Positions 51,700 through 64,000 of a DNA stretch of 64,000 bases are shown piece after piece. Position 1 is the first letter of the stretch; every line of letters starts with the position of its first letter. The notes under the pieces were generated by a model. The model made no database searches and had not been told where the DNA came from. It worked only from the letters and a program-made list of their open reading frames with translations. Origin of the DNA: the human T2T-CHM13v2.0 reference genome, Homo sapiens; assembly GCF_009914755.1 (NCBI RefSeq), contig NC_060935.1. One strand, written 5' to 3'. Both the position numbers and the translations under genes were made by a program.

Positions 51700-52265
51700 T
51701 AGTCATGGTTATGAGACTTCATGGCTTCTTCTACATGTTCCAAGACTCTTTTTGAGATACTATTGCCTCTTTTTCCTAATCTGAAATTAAATGACCAACG
51801 TCTCCCAACCATCTTTAGGCACTTATGGTGTAATGCTTTCAACTTCGCCATTTTCCAGAGGACAGTTTTCCTTCCTTGGCAGTGATGTGGTACTTTTTTT
51901 TATCCATCCATGGCTGACTGGAATTCCTGATGGTTTTTTTTTTGTTTGTTTCTTTTTCTTCACAGACTTACATGGAAATTTCTTCAATGGCAGTGGTGAG
52001 GAGGAACATGTGTAAAGAAGATGATCTGAACTAGGTAAGTGAGATCATCTTTTGAATAGCATCCTACATGATCTTGTCTATCTCTGTTCAAGTCTTTATT
52101 GCTCAGCTCCATGGGAGTCAATATTTTTCCCATAAATCTAATATTTATGGTTTTACAGGAATAAAGAAGCAACTTTTTTACATTATTGATTAGGTTGGGT
52201 TCTAAGCCAGTATCAGACTTGATACCATGGCAAGTTCTACTACAGGGCAGTTCACTTTTCACAAA
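51700..52265 (-). mobile_element. Possible ancient RTE-clade LINE (L4/MamRTE-like) ORF C-terminal relic
   Basis: Degenerate translations HGIKSDT..LLLYSCKT..GKIL, PLPLKKF and DGWETLV occur in the order of the RTE motifs GI..TKL..LLYGCETW..RKIL, RLPKKL and WETLA. Confidence 0.4.
51966..52034 (+). CDS. Candidate alternative terminal INSC exon (TYMEISSMAVVRRNMCKEDDLN*)
   Basis: Branch-like CTGAC at ~51914, a long AG-free U tract and cacAG acceptor. Phase-0 reading is open for 22 codons to TAG, followed by gtaagt, with AATAAA at 52160. Use in transcripts is inferred only. Confidence 0.4.
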   Translation, partial: TYMEISSMAVVRRNMCKEDDLN

Positions 52266-52271
52266 GGAAGC

Positions 52272-54574
<2,303 letters not shown>

Positions 54575-55349
54575 TTACAGGTAATTCCTGCACAGATTCA
54601 CTCTTCTCTCTACACAACTCTTCCAAATAGGATTGGTCAGGCCAGGGCCACTGTGTTACAAAATGTGGTATAGTTAAATGGTGTCCCCTGGGGTTATCCC
54701 ATGCACATCCTTGGGCCAGGTTATCCTCAAATTCCCTAGAGCCTGAATTTCTTGTCTGTAATTCTTCACCAAGGACTTACATATAAAGCTTTTCAAGAGA
54801 TGAAATTCCTTTATAGTCAATGGCCTGGATGCTTTTTCATCTCCGGGAGGGTTTTGTCCTTTACTCCTACAGTCATCTTCATCTAAGATGGAGGCAATTC
54901 CCTCCTTCCAGTTACTCAGACCAAAAGCCTTGTATTAATACCTGCACCCAATTCTTCCTTTTAAAAATAACCCATAGCCAATGCAACAGCAAATCTGCTT
55001 ATCTCCAACTTCCATTTAAACACATATTTTAGTTATTTTGGGCATGGCTTTTCTTTACTACCTTCATGAGAAAACTTTATAAATTGCAACAAAAACAGAT
55101 GGTTTGAGACCTGGGTTGGAGCTAAGATTTAAAGAAAAAATGAGTCCAACAGCACTGAAACTATTTCAGTCCAGGGACAAACAAGGAAAGATCCCATTTA
55201 TTTCAAGAAATAAGTGTGGTATTCAGAACAAAATCTTGGGAGCCTCAGATTCACAGACTGAGGGTAGATGTCCCATTTGGGTCACATCTCAGTCCCCAAG
55301 AGCCATGCCTGGGGACACTGTACTACTTGTTGGAGGCACCTCCTATTCA

Positions 55350-56430
55350 AAGATGTCTGTTTGATTTTTTAAAATCAATCTGACAATACTTGTCATTAAA
55401 TTGGCCCAACCTTCTTACATTTATTGTAACCATTCATTTTCTATCACCTTTTAATGCTTTCTTTATTACCTCTTGCCGATTTTTGAATTGGACATTTTTT
55501 CCTTCTTTGTATTTTTTATCTTTACTTCTCTTTTTTTGGTGGTTACCTTGGAAATGTGTTATGCATGGTTAATTTCTCAAAGTCAAAAGGTAAGCTGTAT
55601 ATTTACCACCCTCCCAAACATTGCAAGGATCTTAGAATATTTTATCTTCAATCAGTCCTTACCAGAGAATATTATTGTTTTGGTATATTTATCCTTTTTT
55701 TAACTTATAAGACATTGTTATTTTGTTTAACATGGTCAAAATTTGTTTAGATTCACATATTCAATAATTTACTTGCTCGTCATTTTTACTTCTTCTTGAA
55801 TATTCCATCTTAGAAAACTTTCTGTAGAGAAATGTTTGGTCAAATCCATCAGGAGACAAGTATAAGAATGTATGTATCAGCACCCCCTATAATGTCCAAA
55901 CCTGGACAACCCACACATCAATTCAACAGTATACTGGATAAATATTTTGTTATATTCCTTCAGTGGAAATCTATAAAACCATGAAAATTAATGAACTGAT
56001 GTTGTACAGGAAAAAATGAATAAATCTTAATAAAACAAGGCTGAGCAAAAGGAGTAAAGTCACAAAACGCATACAGTGTGATTTTATTTACATGAAATTT
56101 GAAAAGTGCAAAACTGAACAGTATGTTGTTTAAGGATACAAAAATGTGTAATGCAATTATAAAGAAAAATGAAGAAGTGATAAATACAAAATTCTGGAAG
56201 GTAGTTATGTCTGAAGGATAAGAAAAAGAACTGGCATCTGATAAGAGAATACAGAGCAAATGTAATAAAAATGTTCTCTCTCTTAAACTCGTTGATGAGT
56301 ACAAGGATGTTGGCTCTGTGCTTAAATATTATGTCAAAGGCATTCCATCTATTTCCTCCCAGTTTCTACCTCCTTGAAGTTAGGCGAGGCCGTGGAATTT
56401 GTTCAAGCTAATAAGTTGTAGTCAGGATTG

Positions 56431-56467
<37 letters not shown>

Positions 56468-56830
56468 TGTGTGTGTGTTACTTCTGGACCAAAGCATGAA
56501 AAAGTCAGTGAATAACCCTCCAGATAACTCCTTCTCTTCCATAGCCTCATGTTGAGATGGGGGAGCCACAGGATCATAGCAGTCTGAATTGCTGAGCCAT
56601 TGCTTGGAGGTAACTCTGGAGAAGTGTCCAGGCCAGCAGCTGATTTTGCAGAGATGAGAAGTCCATGTTTATTGTGCCAAGTCACGGCCATTTTAGGGTT
56701 GTTTGTCACTGCAGTATAATAACCTGGACTAATACAAGTATTTTTACAAATACTCTGTTATATTTATTCAATATTTAACAAAATCAAGTTAGAAGACTCA
56801 CACTAAAAATTTCAAAGAATACAAACCAAT
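55350..56830. mobile_element. Old L1M fragments with an inserted MLT1 LTR (~56315-56736) containing (TG)n at 56432-56478
   Basis: L1ME-like 3' motifs. The LTR ends gtttgtcactgcagtataataacctggactaataca. Confidence 0.6.
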
Positions 56831-59649
56831 GAGGAAAGAGCACCACCCAGGACTTGGGTATAAGTAGGTCATGACTACTTCCAAATTTCTCTAGCTTGAT
56901 TGGTAATGAAATTACCATGATGATCTATTGACCACCTGTTGGGTCAAGAGAAAAGTAAGTAGAGCAGTGGGCATTCATTAGAATCAGCTCTATGGTGCTC
57001 AGCCAAGGAATGGCCTTGCTGACTCTGGACTGTTTTGCATCGTTATTGAACTTGGCCACATGTGTAGGTCTGGGCTCCCCAGTGGGGTTGAACATTCCTT
57101 GAGGCTGGGATTATGATGTTTCTTGCACCTTCCTGTCATCTTCATCCTGGTAACAGGCTTGTGAGTGATCCTCAGGTACTTGTTGTGTTGAGCTCAGAAA
57201 GCCTTCTTTTCCTCTTCAGCTAAAGTTCTTGACAGCTGCCACATCCTCCCTGCCCTCTCCCACCTTGCCAAGCACCTTTGGCCTGGGGACCTGCCAAACA
57301 AGACCCAGGGGACATAGTTTTCTAAGAAAAGCTGGCTTCTCCAGCAGGGGGGATTTACCAGCAGCGGGATGTCATGCGAAACAGATTGCAGATGCCTCGC
57401 CTCCGTGGCCATCAGAATCAGAAATGCTTGCCTGCCAATCAGCATTACGGTGAAGAACTGTGACATGACAGTTGTCTGACTTGTGTTAATACGTTCTAAT
57501 CTTGCAAACTAATTTTGTTCCCCCACTTGGCCATCCCTGCATTGTGTTTGGCCTGCCAGGGCTGGCACCATCCATCAATCTTAGTTAGTGGCCTGCTCCT
57601 TCTACCTTATAGCTGAGAGTGTCCCTGATCCCATCGAGACACCCATACCCCCCTAAACAAAGGCTTCTTTTCAATCAGGCTGTAAGAATGTGGTCATTTG
57701 GTTCAGAACAAAGATGCATGTTCTTGTCTGTGAGGGCTGACAAGATGACCATTGTCTGATCACGTTTTTTCAGGATGGCTTTTCTGGGGGGAGAATTCCC
57801 CATGGCACAAGGAGAACATTGTGGGCCTGGTTGTCATTTATGAGCCAGTGAAACATGTTAAATTTGTTGGAGTCAAACTCCCTGACCTCTCTTTGGGCCT
57901 AGTTTCCCCCTCTGGATGTAGAGCTCTGGGCTACATGATCACCAAGGTATTTTTTTGTCTCTGAAATTTGATCAATTCAGTCCATCATTCTATGGCCATT
58001 GATCCTCATGTCTGGCAATAGCATTTTGTTTCAAGTTCTCTTTAGGTTACTATTTTAATACTTTGGGGGGTGTATAGCGGTGTTACAAACCCCTTGAAAA
58101 TCTGATGAAAGAGTTAAAACCTTTCTCCCTAGAAAAATGCACTGACACAAAACTTGTACTTAAAATTTCCTGAGGTTTGTAACTCCTAAAAGCTAATTTG
58201 TGGTCTCTAGAGGTTGAGAAGCCTAATTTTGATTTGTGTCCCGATTTTATTTCTTACTCTGGCATTTACCTGATTTTTAAACTTGCAAGCCATATTAAGT
58301 GATTTTTTTTTCATTTTTTTCAACATTTTGTTTTGAAAAATTTCAAAACTACAGAAAAATAGAAAGTTCTGATGGATATTCACATACCCTGTAACTATTA
58401 ATAGATTCACCAACTGTTACATTTGCCATCTTCTCCTTGTTCTTTTTCTCCTCCTCCTTCTTTTCCCCCCTTCATCCCTCTCTTATCCACCCCCCCACCC
58501 CTTATGCCGGAGGCTGGGTCTTTGGAGATGTATGAAACCCAGCCTCTTCCCTTTCCTCTTCACTAATCTTGTGGGATGATAAGACAAAGACGCTGTTAAT
58601 TGCGTAGAAAGCAAACTTCACCAGTGCCACATTAGAGCCATAATAAGATACTGTGGAGTGAGAGAAGAGAAACATTTCTACTAGAGGCAAGGGTCTGGGG
58701 ACAGATTGGTAAAAGGAATCACGAAAGGATAGGGTAGCAGTTACCCTATCCTTGAAGAATGGGCACTTTTGGTGTAGGTTATAGTGTGAGCAAAGGCATA
58801 GAACTGGCTTGGAGCAGAGTGAATATGAGCAATGACAGATACAGTTCTCCTTTGGACTTGTTTGTATTATTTTTCTATCTGACTGGCCTGATCCTAAATG
58901 AATCCATCCCCTACCAAAGCCTTTTAGAAAATATCCCTGAGAGGGCTAGTACTGTGGGTCATTTCTGGAGCCCTTCATCCCTTTATCAATGAAAGAGAAG
59001 AGACAGCTTTTTCTGCTCACATGACTCTTGGATAAGGAGCAGGTGATGATTACTATACAACCTGGCCTCCTCTCCCCATCTTATCTCTTCCCCTTCCTGG
59101 GATCAGGTAGGGGTTGACCCAATCTTCTCAGCCAGAACTGCCAGCATTGAGTGTTCACCAATTTTGAAATCCATTGAAAAGCAAGGACCACCTGTGATTT
59201 TCTGATGAGCCACAAGAGGGGGAAGTGTGAACACAAATGAAAAAGGGGGGAAAAAGAACCCACACAAAAACAAAACCCAGCTGGGAAATGAACAGCTTTT
59301 CCGAGGCCCTCATTTCTGATGCAGGCTAGCAGTTTCAATCTGTTACGTTTCTCTGTCTATGTCTCTGTCGCCTCTCTCTGTCACTATTCTTTCTCTGCCC
59401 CTCTCTCACTTTGTCTCTTACTTTCCCGCTGGAATTTCTCTGGGAAAAAAATGCAAATTTGTTTTTCTGCCTCTAGGTTCAAAAATCAGTTGCACAATTT
59501 CTAGATGGAGGGAGTTAAGGATCTAAGAGGCTTTAAGTTTAATTTGAATATCAGTCAATGGGGAGTTTTTGCAGTTAAGCTCCTCACTCCTCACAAAAAC
59601 AAAACAGAAAAGCCTAAGTGAAATCAGTGCCGTTTGGCCACATTAATAT

Positions 59650-59900
59650 TAACAGTTAACAATTGTGTAGCCCTCTCCTTGTGCCAGGTGCTGTTCTAAG
59701 TGCTTTGCACGCATGAACTCTGTTAATCCTCCTAGCTACCCTCTGGGGTTGGTACTATTATTGTCAGCGTTTTACAGATGAAGAATCCAGGGTACAGAGA
59801 TGTCAAAGGGCTTGGTCAATATCACACAGCTAGTGTCAGAGCTGGGATTTGAAGAGGGCAGTCTGGGTCGAGACTTTCAGCTCTTAATCTCTCTATAGTA
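59650..59900 (-). mobile_element. MIR SINE
   Basis: tgtgccaggtgctgttctaagtgcttt..tttacagatgaagaa..tcacacagctagt. Confidence 0.75.
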
Positions 59901-60989
59901 GCTAGATCTTAAAATTAATGAGTGTATAGTGTTCAAAACAAAGGAGGTGATGACCCTAATACAGCCTCCCACAGTCAAATCAGATCTGGTTGTGTTCAAC
60001 TCATAGGATCATATATTTAAAGAGATAGTTGACATTTGGAGCTGCCCGTATGCAGGTGATGAGGGTAATAGAAATAAGGTCATATTGCAACCATTTGGTT
60101 CAAGTGAGGGGGTTTAGTCTGGCAAAAACAAAACAAAAGAACCCGAGAGTGGAGGCCAGAAAAATTGTTCTCAAATATTTGCAGAGACTCTGAGACCTCT
60201 CTCTTTCTCTGGAGGTTCAGCAACTTTCTTTCACAGATAGTCCCCTGCCTATGGACACTTCCTGAGCAGGGGGATGCTCTGTGGCTTATTTGGGCCAAGG
60301 TTTCCTGATCAGTCCCAAGACTGGCAGGAATTCCATTATCTGGGAAGAAGACTGACCCTCAATCATTTGAGCTTCCTTTGCCTCCCACGGGGTTGTTCAA
60401 CCAGGGCTTACTTTCCCAGACTGTGGGGTTAGGTCTGCATGTATCAGTGATAAAATGCAATTTGACATGTCCTTATGAGTCACTTCAAACATAATAGGAG
60501 TATCTTTTCCTTAAAAATAATGCATATTTAATATAGAAAATTTAGAAATTATAGTAAAGTACAGAAAAAAATATCTTACACTATCCCATCACCCTGAGGA
60601 AGCCAGTGGTAACATTTTATTATACTTTCTCCTGGGCCTTTTTTCCTGTGCATATATCCTCGTCCACAATCTTCTTAATGGTTCTGAAAGGAATCCTTTC
60701 CGGAGAGCCATAAAAAAAAAACTCAGAGAAATGTCACAGTCCATTATGAAGCATGAGTCAGAGCTTCTTCAGCCTCCAGAGAATGTCTTCGGTGAAAATA
60801 TTTCAGAAAACATTCTGAAAAAAAGTAGTGATTTTATTTCTTCTAGGGCCTCATCTAAAGAGTTGGGATTACCGAGGCAGAGAACAGAGTGTGGAGTATT
60901 TGGACTTCATAATAGCACGAGGTGGAAAGGGGAAGAGAAGGCCAGGTCTGGCATCTTTTGTGGGCCAGGCAGTGAACTGGACGCTTTAC

Positions 60990-61790
60990 TCACTTATTGA
61001 TTTATTCAAGAAATATCTGAGTCCCTGTAATGATAGCCACTGGGGATATAGTGGTGAATACAAAGGTTGTGCTGTGGATCCTCTTCTTAGAGAGAAACTA
61101 GTGTTGAGGGGAAAGCTGAGAGTAACGAGTGGAGGGAACAACCAAAGAATATAATATGGAACTGAACACAGACAAGAGTGGGATAGTTGGGAAAAGCTTG
61201 CCTTAAGGAAGGGGGATTGGATCTGAGGTCTAAAGAATAAAATGGAGTTGGGTGAGGGGAGATGGAAAAGGGAGAACATTCCAACAAGAAGGTAGAGTAT
61301 ATGCAAGTGTTTAGCTGGAGGATGGGTGGCACATTCCTGGAGAAGAAATGAGACCAGATAGACTGCAGAGAGGGAGCAGAGGAGTGAGGCAATCAAATTT
61401 AGAGACTCTAAAAAAGAATGAGCTATTGTACATGCAGCAACACGGATGAATATCACAGACTTAAACTTGAGTAAAAGAAGCCAGACACAATAGCGTGCAC
61501 AGTGTATAATTCATTTATACTAAGTTCAAGAACAGGTAAAACTAATCTGTGGTGACAGAGTCAGGACCGTGGTTATCTCTGAGGGGGGCTGGTATTCACT
61601 GGGATGGGGCACAAAGGAACCTTATGAGGTGCTAGAAAATGTCTATTTCCAGGTGACGGTGACACCAGTGTATATGTATGTAAAATTTCATCACGTTGTA
61701 TGCTTAAGATTAGTGCACCTGACATACTTTACTAAATGTACAATCTAACTCCATGAAAAAATACAATAGACACATTTTAAATGTATAATA
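60990..61790. mobile_element. L2 (minus, ~60990-61400) followed by L1M 3' end (plus, ~61405-61790)
   Basis: ttattcaagaaatatctgag and catgcagcaacacggatgaatatcacagac..aaaagaagccagacac. Confidence 0.7.
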
Positions 61791-62095
61791 AACCACTGAA
61801 AGTAAAGTCCACGGGCTGATGCTGCTCTGTGAGCAGTTTGTTACCAGTGGGCAAGCTTCCTTCAGAATGCAAATCAATGGATGACTTTTTTTCATGGAGA
61901 AAGTCTCGCTGGCACAGAATGCTAGCAGTGTGCTTGGTGATGTAGCACCAGTGGAGGTGAGGGATGATGCAGCTTGGATTGCAATGAAGAAGTGGGGGGA
62001 TGAGAGAAGTTAATAAAGAGTCCTGTGACGTTTGGTTTGGTTTTGTTTCTGTGTGAGCTTTTTACAAGTTAGGAAATTGAGACTAGAATGGTGAC

Positions 62096-62451
62096 TGCTG
62101 TGGTCTGAATGTTTGCATGACCCTCTTCAAATTCATATGTTGAAGTCCTGACCTCTAAAGTGATGGTATTAAGAGGTGGGGACTTTGGGAGATGACTAGA
62201 TCAGGAGCTCTGCCTTCATGAACGGGATTAGTGTCCTTTTCAAAGGGGTCCCAGAGATCTGTCTTTTGCCTTCTGCCAAGTGAGGAGGCAGCAAGAAAAC
62301 ACCATTTATAAAATGGGGCAGATTCCAGGTATGGAATCTGCCTGTGCCTTGATCTTGGGCTTCTCAGCCTCCAGAATTGTAAGAAATAAATCTTCATTGT
62401 TTAGACCCAGTCAATGGATATTTGTTATAGCAGCCTGAGTGGCCTAAGCCA
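62096..62451 (+). mobile_element. MLT1A-like MaLR LTR
   Basis: tgctgtggtctgaatgttt..ttgttatagcagcctgagtggcctaagcca, with TSD gtgac/atgac. Confidence 0.85.
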
Positions 62452-63708
62452 ATGACATAAGCATCCAAGGTCATGTCGTTTGTAAGGGGTAGGCTATTCC
62501 AATTCACCATTTCTTTGCAAAGAAATAAAGAAATAATTGGAACACCCTTATATTTTTCTATAGAAAAGGGCTGCTATAAGCAACTTTCCAAAGAGAATCC
62601 TAACTTTTTTTGCTTCCAAATGCAGAGCTCAATCATCCTCTAATATCCAGATAACAACCTCCATTAATGAGCCTTTACTCTGGGACCAGTGCCCTGGGTA
62701 TTTTTCACATCTTGTCTCACTGGAGCCTCTACATAACCCCCTGAGGGAGCTATTATTAACATTCCCATTACCATTTGAGAACATTAAACATAAAGAGGTG
62801 AAATGCTTTTATTCCTGGGGTCACAAAGGGTTTGAATTCATCAGGATTTGAACTTGGGTCTACATTTTATTCATTGCACTATGCCCAGTCAGGCTTCCTG
62901 GCCTGTATCCTTTTCAGGAGGAAGCAGTGGCTGAGTTTGAGCCATTTAGTGATTTCTCTGTGGTTGAATACACATTGAAGGGACCTGCTCTGGTTTCATA
63001 GGGGTTTCAGAAGGAAGACTCATATACATTGCTTTTGATGTTCACCAGAGCAACTCCATTCTAGGCCTTAGGAAACTGTTTCTCCCAGCCACCTGGCCTA
63101 TATCTTACAACAACTAACATAGCAACAGTCTCTTGAGTCAGTTGTTTAGGGCAGCATAAAGGGCTTGGTTGGGGGCTACCCTACCCAGGGACAAGGAGGA
63201 GATGCAGAGAGTGTGGCTGAATATTATGCACCACCAAGGAGTTAGTTCCACTAAGACCCATAGGATTTTAAAGTAGAACCAGATCTGGGTCAGTCCTAGA
63301 CCCCAGCAAGGAATACCTGCAAAGTCATCGTAGTTACCTAGTCTCTTTGTGGCTGCTTGGACCAATTGGTCTGAACACCAACATGGACCTAGAAACAGAA
63401 TGAGATTTTGAGTCTGTTATCCTGGATTTTGTCTCCATCTACCCACTCTGGTTAGGCGGACATCGAGATATAACTTTTTAAAGCCTCAGCTTCCTCACTT
63501 CTAACATGGAATAACAATATCTTAACAGTGTTGATATTGGGATTCAATGAAATCATATATGTGTAAATGCCTACCATAGAGACTGCTTCATACCAGCTAC
63601 TCAATACATTATTTTTCTTTTCTTTGTTTTTCATGAAACTGGCTTTCTTTATATTTTTTCTCACTGTCATCCAATTCCCTTTAGGATTCAGTTGTTCTCA
63701 GTGTAGTT

Positions 63709-63710
<2 letters not shown>

Positions 63711-63756
<46 letters not shown>

Positions 63757-63758
63757 TG
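63711..63758. repeat. (TG)n microsatellite
   Basis: Direct inspection. Confidence 0.95.
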
Positions 63759-64000
63759 TTCTTGTTCCAGAGGATGGATCCATCTGGGGTGGGAGGTGAT
63801 CCCTGAGGAGTGAGAGGAAAACAGTGTGGGTTGTTGCAACGTGACTCTCTCTCCATTCCCATTTGCTTCTTCTCCCTTGAGTCAGGGCAGTGAACTTGAA
63901 TAAGCTTTGATGGGTTTCCTAAAGGAGGTTTGGAGAAGAGAGGGTCATAGGGTGAGAAGAAAGCAAAGGGAGTGCCTCTCTAGGTCTGAAACCCCATGCC

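Noticed and set aside
63711-63800. Exon after the (TG)n tract (gttcttgttccag acceptor)
   Set aside because: The acceptor is plausible but the following donor is weak and nothing else supports it.

Overview
This is primate genomic DNA (human or a close great ape) with dense interspersed repeats. The + strand carries the last six coding exons of INSC (inscuteable spindle-orientation adaptor): 3903-4074, 8076-8254, 18009-18075, 21326-21481, 22854-22930 and 28319-28447. All have AG/GT boundaries with matching phases and splice into 259 aa ending ...CSNMEESFV-stop. The 3' UTR probably ends near the AATAAA at 29592. The remaining ~34 kb is intergenic, with L1 (old L1M and one younger 5'-truncated L1PA), L2, MIR, Alu, MaLR LTRs, hAT DNA transposon relics and microsatellites. 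I found no convincing new multi-gene system. The best leads are: (1) a candidate alternative terminal INSC exon at 51966, in frame with the penultimate exon, with its own stop and AATAAA, that would delete the C-terminal PDZ-binding motif and seems to derive from an antisense ancient RTE-like LINE relic; (2) a TSD-flanked, tailless 5'-half tRNA-Cys retrocopy in the last intron; (3) a recent 3 x ~326 bp tandem triplication inside an old MLT1 LTR; (4) a GTGAGT donor overlapping the INSC stop codon. Repeat family names come from my recollection of consensus sequences, not from a search, and boundaries of old repeats are approximate.
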